The position numbers and the translations under genes were made by a program. A stretch of 64,000 nt of DNA from an uncultured Candidatus Binatia bacterium (GTDB lineage Bacteria; Desulfobacterota; Binatia; UBA9968; JAJDTQ01), in NCBI GenBank assembly GCA_965213675.1, contig OZ243916.1, forward strand, positions 2,624,001 to 2,688,000, read 5' to 3'. Under the pieces are notes generated by a model. It was not told the origin of the DNA, did no database searches, and worked only from the letters and a program-made list of their open reading frames with translations. Shown here piece after piece: positions 37,887 to 47,592 of this stretch (positions are counted from its first letter, which is position 1; each line of letters starts with the position of its first letter).

Positions 37887-39266
37887 CTACTCGTATTGCT
37901 CCCGGTATTTGCGCACCACCTGCAGGGCGATGACGTTCAGGCCCAGGGTCACGACGAACAGCATCAAACCCAACGCGAAGGCCGACAGCGTCTTGGGGCT
38001 GTCGAACTCCTGGTCGCCGGTCAGCAGGGTCACGATCTGAACCGTCACCGTGGTGACCGCCTGGAGCGGATTGGCCGTGAGGTTCGCGGCCAGACCCGCG
38101 GCCATGACGACGATCATGGTTTCACCGATGGCGCGGGATACGGCCAGGAGAACGCCGCCGACGATGCCTGGAAGCGCCGCCGGTATGACCACCTGTTTGA
38201 CGGTCTCGGACCGGGTCGCCCCCAGCGCATAGGCGCCGTCGCGCATGGCCTGCGGCACGGCGTTGATGACGTCGTCGGAAAGCGAGGATACGAACGGGAT
38301 GATCATGATCCCCATCACCAGCCCCGCGGCCAGAGCGCTCTCGGACGCCACGTCCAGGCCCACCTGCTCCCCCATCCCCCGGATGAACGGCGCCACCGTG
38401 AGGGCGGCGAAAAATCCATAGACCACCGTGGGGATGCCGGCGAGCACTTCCAGCAGGGGCTTCACCACCGCACGGACCCGCGGGCGCGCGTACTCGGCGA
38501 GATAGATGGCCGACATGAGGCCCACGGGCACAGCCACCACCATGGCAATGAACGAGATCAGCAGTGTTCCCGCGAACAGTGGCACCGCGCCGAAGGCTCC
38601 GGACGCGCCCACCTGATCCGCGCGAATGGCCATCTGCGGGCTCCAGTCCAGTCCGAAGATGAACTCGGTGACCGGAATCGCCTGGAAGAAGCGGAGCGAC
38701 TCGAACAGCACCGACAACACGATCCCCACGGTGGTGAGGACCGCGATGCTGGAACTGGCCATGAGGAAGCCCAGGATGATGCGTTCCACCGCGTTGCGCG
38801 CGCGCTTGCCGGGCCGGATGGTGCGCCAGGCCATGGCGCCGCAGAACACGGCCAGGGCCAGCACCGCCACGGTGATGGCGATGGCCGCGTAACCCTGGAG
38901 GCGAATGTAACGTTTCGCCGCGGCCAACATTTCCGGAGTCTTCTGCGAGGCGATATTGCCGGAGGCAAGATTGCGGATGTCGTTGATGATCAGGTTGAGC
39001 CGCTCGGGTGGCAGGCTCCGGATCTCCTGGGGCAGGTCCGACACCACGATATTCGTGACGATGGGTCCCTTCAAGGCCACGCCGACGGCCAACAGCAGGA
39101 GCGCGGGCACCGCAGCCCACAAGGCGGCGTAGAGGCCGTGGTAACCGGGGAGGGAGTGGAGGTTCCGGACGGTGCCCTGGGCCAGAGAGATGGACCGCCG
39201 CCAGCCCAGATAGTAGCTGACGGAGCTCAAGCCAAGCAGGGCCAGTATCAGACTTGGGGAACCCAT
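37887..39266 (-). CDS. pstC: Phosphate ABC transporter permease
   Basis: 'LAGIPTVVYGFF', 'SRAIGETMIV'. Confidence 0.95.
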   Translation of the reverse strand: MGSPSLILALLGLSSVSYYLGWRRSISLAQGTVRNLHSLPGYHGLYAALWAAVPALLLLAVGVALKGPIVTNIVVSDLPQEIRSLPPERLNLIINDIRNLASGNIASQKTPEMLAAAKRYIRLQGYAAIAITVAVLALAVFCGAMAWRTIRPGKRARNAVERIILGFLMASSSIAVLTTVGIVLSVLFESLRFFQAIPVTEFIFGLDWSPQMAIRADQVGASGAFGAVPLFAGTLLISFIAMVVAVPVGLMSAIYLAEYARPRVRAVVKPLLEVLAGIPTVVYGFFAALTVAPFIRGMGEQVGLDVASESALAAGLVMGIMIIPFVSSLSDDVINAVPQAMRDGAYALGATRSETVKQVVIPAALPGIVGGVLLAVSRAIGETMIVVMAAGLAANLTANPLQAVTTVTVQIVTLLTGDQEFDSPKTLSAFALGLMLFVVTLGLNVIALQVVRKYREQYE

Positions 39267-39383
39267 GGACTCATGGCGCCTTTACGAAAACCTTTACGAA
39301 CAAAAACGCCAGCCGTGACAACCGGCCGGCGGAGCGAACCGGCCGCAGCGCGCGCCGCGGCCGGGACCCACACCCACAGATGG

Positions 39384-40427
39384 TCACAGGGCCAGATTCG
39401 TGAGATTCTTCACGTCCGACGAGAACCTCTCCCGCTCCTTCCTGGGCATCGGGATCAGACCCTTGTCGGTGAGGTAACCCTCGTCGCCCCAGGCCTTCTC
39501 ACTGGTATACTCGGCGAGGAACTCCCTCATGCCGGCGATCACATCCAGATGGGCCTTCTTGATGTAGATGTAGAGCGGACGCGCGACCGGATAGCTGCCG
39601 TCGGCGATGGTCTCGAACTCGGGCTTGACGCCGTTGATGGACGCGCCCTGGAGCTTGTCCGTGTTCTGGTCGAGAAAGCTGAAGCCGAAGATCCCGAAGG
39701 CGTCGGGGTTGGCGTCCAGCTTCTGCACGATCAGGTTGTCGTTCTCTCCGGCCTCGACGAAGGCGCCGTCCTCACGCATGGTGCGGCAAGCGGCCCGTCT
39801 GGGCTTATTGGACATCTTCTTGATGGCGGCGAACTCCTTGCAGCCCGCGTCCATCACCAGCTCGACGAAGGCGTCCCGGGTGCCGGAGGTCGGCGGAGGG
39901 CCCAACACCTCGATCTTCAGGGCCGGAAGCTTGGGGTTGACGTCCTTCCAGGTCTTGTGGGGGTTGGCTTGGCGCTTGCTGCCGTCGCTGTTGGCCGGCA
40001 CGTCCTTGGCCAGGGCGAGGAAGAGGTCGCGCGGCGTGAGCCTCAGCGCCTTGCTCTTCTTCGAGTTGGCCACCGCGATGCCGTCGTAGCCCACCTTCAG
40101 CTCGACGATTTCCTTGACGCCGTTCTTGCCGCAGCGCTCGACTTCGGTCTTCTTGATGCGCCGCGAGGAGTTGGTCAGGTCGGGGTGCTCGACGCCGACG
40201 CCAGCGCAGAAGAGCTTGAGGCCGCCGCCGGAGCCGGTGGACTCCACCTTGGGCGTCTTGAACTTGGTGGTCTTGCCGAACTGCTCGGCCACCACGGTGG
40301 TAAACGGATAGACCGTGGACGATCCCACGATTTGGATGTAGTCGCGCTGCTGCGCCGCCGCCGAGGTCGCGAGACCCGCCACGGCCAGTGCAACGGTTGC
40401 CGCCGTCAACATGGCTTTCCGGAACAT
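39384..40427 (-). CDS. pstS: Phosphate ABC transporter substrate-binding protein
   Basis: Signal peptide, 'VGSSTVYP', 'STGSGGG', 'TSGTRDAF'. Confidence 0.92.
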   Translation of the reverse strand: MFRKAMLTAATVALAVAGLATSAAAQQRDYIQIVGSSTVYPFTTVVAEQFGKTTKFKTPKVESTGSGGGLKLFCAGVGVEHPDLTNSSRRIKKTEVERCGKNGVKEIVELKVGYDGIAVANSKKSKALRLTPRDLFLALAKDVPANSDGSKRQANPHKTWKDVNPKLPALKIEVLGPPPTSGTRDAFVELVMDAGCKEFAAIKKMSNKPRRAACRTMREDGAFVEAGENDNLIVQKLDANPDAFGIFGFSFLDQNTDKLQGASINGVKPEFETIADGSYPVARPLYIYIKKAHLDVIAGMREFLAEYTSEKAWGDEGYLTDKGLIPMPRKERERFSSDVKNLTNLAL

Positions 40428-40525
40428 GGGGAAACCCTCCTTTGGTTGAACCTTTGTCGCAGCCCGATCACCGACCCAAGGGTCGCATGACCACGCCAGT
40501 GTTGGCAGGAATCTATCGGACGGCG

Positions 40526-40587
40526 ATTATCACTGTATGACGGCTACATCACAGAGGAATTAAACGATTGTTACGAGTCTGTTACAG
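40526..40587 (-). promoter_or_regulatory. Pho-box array and -10 upstream of pstS
   Basis: Minus-strand 11-bp phased units CTGTAACAGAC|TCGTAACAATC|GTTTAATTCCT|CTGTGATGTAG|CCGTCATACAG, then GATAAT. Confidence 0.7.
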
Positions 40588-40648
40588 AGGACCGGGGCGC
40601 GAGGGCCCCGGAAGCGGCGGGAAAGCGAATTGACCCGGAGCGCGCCCG

Positions 40649-41194
40649 TTACACCGAGGGCGCGGCGGCGCTCCGCGGCTTGCCTTCCTCGCCGATCTCG
40701 TCCAGACGCCGCTGCAGCGACAGCCGGTCGAGAGAGGTCAGGGGCAGGTTCACGAAGATCGAGATGCGGTTGAAAAGCATGCGGTAGGCATCCGCGAAGG
40801 CTATATTTTGCTCGGCCTCGTTGCCTTCCACCGCCGCCGGGTCGGGAATGCCCCAATGGGCGGAAATCGGCTGGCCCGGCCAGAGCGGACAGACCTCCTG
40901 CGCCGCCTGATCGCAGACCGTGACGACGAACTGCAGCTCGGGAGCGCCGGGGGCCGCGAACTCATCCCAGCTCTTGGAACGGAGATCGTCGGTCAAGTAG
41001 TTGAGCTTCTTCAGCGTCTCGATGGTGTGCGGGTTGATCTCGCCCTTGGGGTGGCTCCCCGCGCTGAACGCCCGGAACCGCCCCCGCCCCAGACGGTTCA
41101 GGATGCACTCGCCCATGACGCTGCGGGCGGAGTTCCCGGTGCACAGGAACAGCACGTTGAACAGTTTCCCGTTGCTCGTTTTGTCTTCACTCAT
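40649..41194 (-). CDS. arsC: Arsenate reductase (LMW-PTP fold)
   Basis: 'FLCTGNSARS', 'VTVCDQAAQEVCP', 'HWGIPDP'; GAGGAGG RBS. Confidence 0.92.
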   Translation of the reverse strand: MSEDKTSNGKLFNVLFLCTGNSARSVMGECILNRLGRGRFRAFSAGSHPKGEINPHTIETLKKLNYLTDDLRSKSWDEFAAPGAPELQFVVTVCDQAAQEVCPLWPGQPISAHWGIPDPAAVEGNEAEQNIAFADAYRMLFNRISIFVNLPLTSLDRLSLQRRLDEIGEEGKPRSAAAPSV

Positions 41195-41928
41195 ACGCAC
41201 CTCCTCAACGGTGGGGGGGTTCTTGCGGGCCTTTCGGACAAGGCCGGCCGCGGTGGCGGCACCAGCCACCAGAACAACGCCGTGGCCGCGCCGGCGCCGA
41301 TGAACTGCATGACGATGAACGCCGGCGCATGCATCGGGTAGATCCCCGCGAAGGTGTCCGAGAGGGTGCGGGCGATGGTCACCGCTGGATTGGCGAACGA
41401 CGTGGAGGATGTGAACCAGTAGGCCGCCGTGATGTAGCCGCCCACGGCGAACGGCACCGCCGGGCTTCGGAGCCTGACGCAACCCTGGATCACCGACAGC
41501 AGCCCGAAGGTGGCGACGAACTCGCCGAGCCATTGCCCCGCCCCGACACGATGCTTCTGCGAGAAGAACACCGCGGGCTCGTCGAACATCAGGTTGGCGA
41601 CGATGACGCCGGCGACGGCGCCGATGATCTGCACGGCCACGTAGCAGGGGACGTCACGCCACGCCAGCCCGCCCAGGAAACCCTCGGCCACCGTCACCGC
41701 CGGGTTGAAGTGGGCGCCGGAGATGGGTCCGAAGGTCAGGATCAACACCGTCAGCGCCGCGCCCGTGGACACGGTGTTGGCGAGCAGCGCCACCGCCACG
41801 TTGCCGCCGGCCAGCCGCTCTCCCATGATGCCCGAGCCCACCACCGCGGCCAGCAGGAACGCCGAGCCGACGGCCTCGGCGGTCAGGCGACGCGGGAAGT
41901 CTTTCGGGTTGGTTTCGGGTTGTTCCAT
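41191..41928 (-). CDS. MIP/aquaporin-family channel (AqpS-like, arsenite efflux)
   Basis: 'SGAHFNPAVT' and 'SFANPAVT' NPA motifs; located between arsR and arsC. Confidence 0.88.
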   Translation of the reverse strand: MEQPETNPKDFPRRLTAEAVGSAFLLAAVVGSGIMGERLAGGNVAVALLANTVSTGAALTVLILTFGPISGAHFNPAVTVAEGFLGGLAWRDVPCYVAVQIIGAVAGVIVANLMFDEPAVFFSQKHRVGAGQWLGEFVATFGLLSVIQGCVRLRSPAVPFAVGGYITAAYWFTSSTSFANPAVTIARTLSDTFAGIYPMHAPAFIVMQFIGAGAATALFWWLVPPPRPALSERPARTPPPLRRCV

Positions 41929-42260
41929 GGATCGTCCCGGGAAGGCTCACAGACCGGTACGCCGCACGCCTCCGGGTTACCGCCGCAACAGTTCTCCGTG
42001 AGATAGCCGAGCAACTCGGTCATGGTTGCAAAGTTGGACCGGTAGATCAGCGAGCGCGACTCCCGCCTGAACTCCACCAGCCCGGCCTGCTTCAGCGTAT
42101 TGAGGTGAAACGACAGGGTGGCCAGCGGCAGCCCGAGCCGCTTCCCGATGTGGCCGGCGGGCAGCCCCTCCGGCCCCACCTCCACCAGCAGGCGGAAGAT
42201 ATCCAGCCGTGTGTCCTGCGCGAGCGCGGCCAGCGCGCCCACCGCGTCCTTATGTTCCAT
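41883..42260 (-). CDS. arsR: ArsR-family regulator with C-terminal Cys cluster
   Basis: 'ALAQDTRLDIFRLL...TLSFHL...LTENCCGG..EAC'. Confidence 0.88.
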   Translation of the reverse strand: MEHKDAVGALAALAQDTRLDIFRLLVEVGPEGLPAGHIGKRLGLPLATLSFHLNTLKQAGLVEFRRESRSLIYRSNFATMTELLGYLTENCCGGNPEACGVPVCEPSRDDPWNNPKPTRKTSRVA

Positions 42261-42418
42261 ATTTCCAGAATTATGGAATCTTGATGAGAAATTCAAGGGC
42301 GGGCTCCCACCCTGAACTGCGGCCTCCTGTGCCCTGGCGGCTGGCAGGGCCCGCGGATGTCCTGTAGACTGAGCCGATCCGTTTCAGGCTTGTCCCCGTC
42401 ATTCGAGGAAGGACGCCC

Positions 42419-42668
42419 ATGCCACGCCAAATGCTCCGCATCGCGACATTGCTGCTGTTTTTCGGTTTGGCCGCCATGGCCGGGGCGCAACAGGCCTCCG
42501 CGCAACGCTCGGTGGAAGAAATCGAGAAGATCGTCCGCGATGGCGGCCCGGGAACAGGGGCGCTATGTCGAGTTCCACGAGGCCCTGATGCGCGTCGAGG
42601 GGAACCTGGACGACCAAACCATCATGGCCGTCGCCTGTTCCGTTGGTCTCGACACGGAGCAGCTCGTC
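42419..42668 (+). pseudogene. DsbA (Com1-like) remnant with internal deletion and frameshift
   Basis: Signal peptide + 'EEIEKIVR', then in another frame 'AAREQGRYVEFHEALM...SVGLD'; no CxxC. Confidence 0.6.
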
Positions 42669-42678
42669 CGGTTTCGCC

Positions 42679-42985
42679 TTGACCGAGAAACTCGAAAGGA
42701 TCCGCGTGGTGCTGGTGCGGCCCAAGGGGTCCGGTAATATCGGCTCCGTCGCCCGGGCGATGAAGAATACCGGCCTTCGTGACCTGGCGCTGGTGGGCCG
42801 AGGGCGCACCGACAGCTTTTCGGCGCGGGCCATGGCGGCCCACTCCCGGGACATCCTCGACGGCGCCCGCCGGTTCGACACCCTGCGCGAAGCCGTCGCC
42901 GACTGCGGCTTGGTGGTGGGCACCACCTGCCGCAAGGGATTGTACCGCGACCACGTCGAACGCCCGCGCGAAGCGGCGGCGGTCA
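42679..42985 (+). pseudogene. TrmJ/LasT SPOUT RNA methyltransferase N-terminal fragment
   Basis: 'IRVVLVRP..SGNIGSVARAMKN.G...L..AV.DC.LVVGTT'; C-terminal half absent. Confidence 0.75.
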
Positions 42986-43004
42986 CGGGCATGTCGGCGT
43001 TCAT

Positions 43005-43290
43005 GCGTTCGCTGGGCCGCCGCCAATCAGGCCGTCTCCATGTTGCGCTCCATCTACCGCGGCTCCAGTATCTACCATGAGAGGTTGCGCAACCCGACCG
43101 AGCTCTGGATCGCCGCTGGCGGCCGCCTCAACCGCAAGCGCCAGAGGCGCATCTCCTCCCTGGCCGAGGTGTTCTCGCTCCACTGGGAGCCCATCGACCT
43201 GCACCGTGGCATCCTGCGTGTCGAGGAGAACAAGACGGGTGAGCGACTGGAGCTTCCGCCCATCCGCCAACTCGCAGCCGCGCTCGCGTT
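43005..43290 (+). pseudogene. Tyrosine recombinase/integrase fragment
   Basis: 'ANQAVSMLRSIY...NP...EVFSLHWEPIDL...RVEENKTGERLELP'. Confidence 0.55.
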
Positions 43291-43427
43291 GCCTGGGCTT
43301 CATGCCCCTTTCGCTTGCCGCCTTGGAGCCCCCAAGTACAATCCAGAGAGCCAGCAGTTCCAGGTGGGCGACTGGGAGGCGGTGGTTAAGGCGACCGGTG
43401 CCACCTCGAAGGACCCAGCGATTGTCT

Positions 43428-44663
43428 TCAGGCGATCAGGACAGCGCGAAAATCGTTGACGTTGGTGCGTGACGGGCCGGTCATCACCAGATCGCCGAGC
43501 CGCCGAAAAAATTCATAGCTGTCGTGCCGGGCCAGCATATCCCGCGGCTCCACTCCAACGGCATAGGCGCGCGCCAAGGTGTCGGGACCGATGAAGGCGC
43601 CGGCGGCGTCCGCAGAGCCGTCGATGCCGTCGGTGTCGCAGGCGATGGCATGGACATTCGGCGCGCCGTCGAGGGCCACGGCCAGTGCCAGGAGGTATTC
43701 GCAGTTGGGGCCGCCCCTTCCGCCCGGTCCGTCGACCATGACCGTGGCTTCGCCCCCTGAAATCAACACGCCGCAGCCCTGTTGCAGTGCCAGCTCCGCA
43801 TGTGCCGCACCCATTTCCCTCGCCTCGCCCTGAAGGTCGTCGCCGAGCTGGACTACATCGAGACCCATCTCACGCGCCTTGGCGGCAGCCGCCGCGAGCG
43901 CGTCCGCGGGACGCGCCACCAGCACATAGTCGGCCCGCGTCAGGCAAGAGTCCCCGGGCTTCACGGTTTCCCATCCACCCTCCTCCAGTGCCGTCCGTGC
44001 TCCCTCCGGAAACGCGACGCCATAGCGGCCGGCCACCGCCAGCGCGTCGGCGCAGGAGGTGGGGTCCGCCGAGGTCGGACCGGAACCGATGACCGTCGGG
44101 TCGTCGCCGGGTACGTCCGAGATGGCGAGGGTCACGACGCGCGCCGGGGCGGCCGTTGCTGCGAGGCGCCCTCCCTTGATGGCGGACAGGTGCTTGCGCA
44201 GGCAGTTGATCTCGGCGATGGGAGCGCCGGCGGCCAGCAACGCGCGGTTGATGGCCCGCTTGTCATCCAGGCTGAGGCTAGGTTGCGGTTCCACCAGCAG
44301 TGCGGACGCGCCGCCGGAAAGCAGAAACAGCAGCAGGTCGTCCGGCCCCAGCCCGGCGGCGGCCGAGAGAAAGCGCGATGCCGCGCCCTGCCCCGCCTCG
44401 TCGGGCAACGGATGGCCGGCTTCGACGACCTCGATTCGTTCGCAATCGACGCCATGGCCGTACCGGGTAACGGCGATGCCTTCGACGTCGTTCGGCCAGC
44501 TTTGCTCGACGGCCCGGGCCATGGAAGCCGCCGCCTTGCCGGCGGCCAGCACGAGGGTGCGGCCGGGCGGCGGCGAAGGCAGATGCGGCGGGACCACCTT
44601 GGCCGGGTCCGCGGTGGCGACCGCCGCCTCGAACAAGCCCCGGAGCAGGCTTCTTTCGTCCAT
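43428..44663 (-). CDS. Glycerate kinase (MOFRL / TtuD family)
   Basis: 'AGKAAASMA', 'AGHPLPD', 'LSGGASAL', 'SDVPGDD', 'DTDGIDG', 'TNVNDF'. Confidence 0.92.
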   Translation of the reverse strand: MDERSLLRGLFEAAVATADPAKVVPPHLPSPPPGRTLVLAAGKAAASMARAVEQSWPNDVEGIAVTRYGHGVDCERIEVVEAGHPLPDEAGQGAASRFLSAAAGLGPDDLLLFLLSGGASALLVEPQPSLSLDDKRAINRALLAAGAPIAEINCLRKHLSAIKGGRLAATAAPARVVTLAISDVPGDDPTVIGSGPTSADPTSCADALAVAGRYGVAFPEGARTALEEGGWETVKPGDSCLTRADYVLVARPADALAAAAAKAREMGLDVVQLGDDLQGEAREMGAAHAELALQQGCGVLISGGEATVMVDGPGGRGGPNCEYLLALAVALDGAPNVHAIACDTDGIDGSADAAGAFIGPDTLARAYAVGVEPRDMLARHDSYEFFRRLGDLVMTGPSRTNVNDFRAVLIA

Positions 44664-44668
44664 CCGGG

Positions 44669-44790
44669 TCACCGCCGTACACTCCCGCGCCGCGCGATGA
44701 CGATTCCCGTCAGAACGACGACGACGGCGCCGAGGAGCCCCAGGATCGCGAGCCGCTCGGTGCGAAGTACCACGGCAACCCGGTGGGCGG
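44669..44790 (-). pseudogene. Probable EamA/DMT transporter C-terminal remnant
   Basis: 'VAVVLRTERLAILGLLGAVVVVLTGIVIA'. Confidence 0.4.
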
Positions 44791-45082
44791 CCGGCGGTCC
44801 TTGCGATGGGTTAGTCATGAGGGATGAAGGTCGGGAGAGGGCAGTCGCCCTCTCCCGACCCGCGTCCATGGTAGACCCGAGGCCTACTTCTTCTTCCGCA
44901 ACAGGATGGGCCTCAGCGCGTCCTTGGCTTCCGCGTGAATTTCCATCCCTTGCCCTTCTACCCCTGCAAGAGCAAGTGATTTCATGCGATCTTAACCTGT
45001 CGCAGGTATGAAGCGCCATGGAAGGGGACACTCCATGAACCGTCCCGCCCGCCCCGGCAGGGACGCGACACCCTGAAACGAG

Positions 45083-45886
45083 ATGCAGCGTTCGACTCCG
45101 GAAACACGGGAACAGGCCGAGAACGCATCGCCGGATCTGCGGCCGCGCGACGTGGCGCTGGAAAACGTCGTCATGATGACCGGCCTGGGCCGTTACGACG
45201 ATGTGCGGCAGCTCCTGGCCGACCTCCACCCCGCCGACATCGCCGAGTTGATGGACCGCCTCGACGAGGCGCGGGTGCGGCAGCGGGTGTCCGGGCTGCT
45301 GCCCTCGGAGGCAGGTTCCGCGGTGTTGAGCCTGGTCTCGCCGGCGGCGCGTGACCACCTGGTGGCGAACCTGTCGGACCGGGAGCTGGCTGGGCTGGTG
45401 GAGGAGCTGGATACCGATGACGCCGCCGACCTGCTCGATACCCTGCCCGAGGAACGGACCCCCACGGTGCTGGCGGCGTTCCTGCCGGTCATCATCGCTA
45501 CCGCCGGCGCCGTGGGCCTCCAGTCCTCCACCCTGGTGGTGCGCGCCATCGCCCTGGATACCCTGTCCCTCCAGCGGGTCCTCTCCGTCATCGTCCGCGA
45601 AGCCGCCACCGGACTGGCCCTGGGCGCAAGCTGCGGCCTCATCGCCGCCGCGGCCAGCTATCTCATCAACATGGACAGTCCGGACATCCTCAAGCTGTCC
45701 CTCGCCGTGCTCATCGGCATGGTCATCTCCGTCACCGCCGCCGCCTGCGTCGGAACGGTGCAGCCCATCGTCTTCTACAAGCTCAACCGCGACCCCGCGG
45801 TCGCCGCCGGGCCCCTGGTCACCGCTTTCAACGACGTCCTGGGAACCACGCTCTACCTGCTTGTTGCGACGGCGCTTCAGGCGTAG
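45083..45886 (+). pseudogene. mgtE: MgtE magnesium transporter with large in-frame deletion (no CBS pair)
   Basis: MgtE_N 'LHPADIAE...LDTDDAADLL..LPEE' joined directly to TM part 'FLPVIIATAGAVGLQS...DPAVAAGPLVTAFNDV'; 267 aa. Confidence 0.75.
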
Positions 45887-45918
45887 CCGGCTCCTGGCGC
45901 AGAGCCGGCGTCCGGAAC

Positions 45919-46010
45919 CGTCATCCCGGACGCCCCAAGCCTCATCCCCGACACGCAAAGCGTCATCCCGGACGCCCCAAGTGTCATCCCGGACTTGATC
46001 CGGGATCCAG
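45919..46010. repeat. Three 21-bp tandem repeats ending in a REP-like palindrome
   Basis: CGTCATCCCGGACGCCCCAAG / CCTCATCCCCGACACGCAAAG / CGTCATCCCGGACGCCCCAAG / TGTCATCCCGGACTTGATCCGGGATCCAG. Confidence 0.8.
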
Positions 46011-46793
46011 GGGCGGGGAGGGGCTGCTCACACCGCATACAGTCAAGCGAATCACCATGGTCTCCTGCTTCCGCAGCGTGCAGCCTTGGCGCCCGCGGCG
46101 CAGGCAGTCGAGGTTGTGGTGGAAAACTCCCGCCTGGGCGCGGGCGAAGCCGGCGCGGCCGGAACCGCCTTCCCGGCTGCGCTGATACCGCTCCCAGTCG
46201 CAGTCGTTGGCGTCGCGCCAGTAGGCGTCGAGGACCTGCGCGGGCAGCGGTTTGAGCGCGGGCATGGTGTTGTAACGCGTCCCCGGCGGGTCGTCGCGGC
46301 CGGGCAGCCGCTGGCGTTCGCCGAGGAAACCGTGGAAGGAATAAAAGGCGTCCGGGCCGGGGAGGAACGCCAGCTCATACTCGACGCTCCCGGCCGGATC
46401 GGTGACGTCGTCCGCCGACATCATTGGCCGCTTGCCGAATCCCATCATGAAGGCCCTGGCGTCCGAGTCGAGGAATCGCACCGCGCGCCGCACCGTCCGC
46501 CCGGGGACGTGCGGATAGAGTTCGTTCGAGCGGATGACGACGTCGATGTCGAACCGTCCGTCCGGACCGGGCTCCACCGACTCTCCGACGAGGTAGGTGC
46601 GCAGGTAGTTGTGCTGTTGCACGTTGAGGGCGACGGGACGCTCGGCCGCGTCCAGCACCACGAACGCCGCGGTGTAGTGGTCGAGTTGGTGCCAGTCGTC
46701 CAGGTCCGCCACCAGCCGGAGGGGAATTGCCACCGCCAAGGGCATGGCCGCGGGCAGGCCGCTCACCCGAAACACCAAGTGGTAGGCGAGCAC
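45984..46793 (-). CDS. Hypothetical protein, probably a 5'-truncated fragment
   Basis: 269-aa ORF with coding-like composition; no recognisable motif. Confidence 0.45.
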   Translation of the reverse strand: MLAYHLVFRVSGLPAAMPLAVAIPLRLVADLDDWHQLDHYTAAFVVLDAAERPVALNVQQHNYLRTYLVGESVEPGPDGRFDIDVVIRSNELYPHVPGRTVRRAVRFLDSDARAFMMGFGKRPMMSADDVTDPAGSVEYELAFLPGPDAFYSFHGFLGERQRLPGRDDPPGTRYNTMPALKPLPAQVLDAYWRDANDCDWERYQRSREGGSGRAGFARAQAGVFHHNLDCLRRGRQGCTLRKQETMVIRLTVCGVSSPSPPLDPGSSPG

Positions 46794-47082
46794 GGTGAAT
46801 TCCTCGACCGCCCCGCCGTCTTCGCGCGGCGCCCCCAGGCCGGTGCGCTCGACAGCGGCGTAGTCTAACCAACAAAAAGCGGCTGAGGTGTCAAGACACG
46901 TCCGGACGCCACGCCGTGCTGGCCGCCACTATAGTCTCGGAACCACGCGCCGATGGATCTTGTGTGACCGAAGTCGAGCGATATGGATCATTCGAAACAA
47001 TACATTGACATCCCCGCGGTTTCCTGGTGCTATGGATCACGCATTGGCATCGGGCGCGGAGCACGTATGGAGACCGATCCCG

Positions 47083-47481
47083 ATGAGCCTGATCGTTACC
47101 GAAGTCTACGACGCCCTGATTGCCGCGGGTGCCCCCGATGACAAGGCCAGAGCAGCCGCCGGCGCGATTCCGATGGTGGAAACCCTCGCTACCAAACAAG
47201 ACATGGCTGACCTGAACGCCGCCTCCAAGCAGGACATGGCTGAATTCAGGACTGAAATGAAGCAGGACTTCACTGAATTCAGGACCGAGATGAAGCAGGA
47301 CTTCGCTGAATTCAGGACCGAGACCAAGCAGGAGATGACTGAATTCAAGGCCGAGACGAAAGGGGGCATCGTCGGCCTGAAGGAAGACGTCCATGTGCTG
47401 AAGCGCGATATGGCGGTCCTGAAGCTGGCATTCGCCCCTGCCGTTCTTGCCTTGCTTGTGAAGCTGGTCTTCTTCCCATGA
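47083..47481 (+). CDS. Coiled-coil protein with 11-aa repeats and C-terminal membrane anchor (DUF1640/CCDC90-like)
   Basis: 'EVYDAL..AGA...KARAAA...LATKQD', KQD-x-x-EFRTE repeats; TTGACA-N17-TGCTAT promoter at 47005-47033. Confidence 0.75.
   Translation: MSLIVTEVYDALIAAGAPDDKARAAAGAIPMVETLATKQDMADLNAASKQDMAEFRTEMKQDFTEFRTEMKQDFAEFRTETKQEMTEFKAETKGGIVGLKEDVHVLKRDMAVLKLAFAPAVLALLVKLVFFP
47194..47358 (+). repeat. Five 33-bp coding tandem repeats
   Basis: AAGCAGGAC...GAATTCAGGACCGAG... units. Confidence 0.85.
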
Positions 47482-47592
47482 CCCCTTCCTCCTGACCGGC
47501 GTCGACGCCTGCGCCGAAACGCGGACCGGTTGCCTCGACCTGCCCGATGGTAATATGCATGGGGGTGCAACCCCCACGAGGAGGCATCGCCC

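Noticed and set aside
37896-40490. 864-aa plus-strand ORF, and similar long ORFs such as 46891-49557, 16175-18046 and 18456-20441
   Set aside because: Antisense shadows of real GC-rich genes with no protein motifs.
45919-46010. Possible mini-CRISPR array
   Set aside because: Period is only 21 bp, there are no unique spacers (units 1 and 3 identical) and no cas genes in the window.
47194-47358. 33-bp repeats as CRISPR or iterons
   Set aside because: Contiguous in-frame coding repeats of a coiled coil with synonymous variation.
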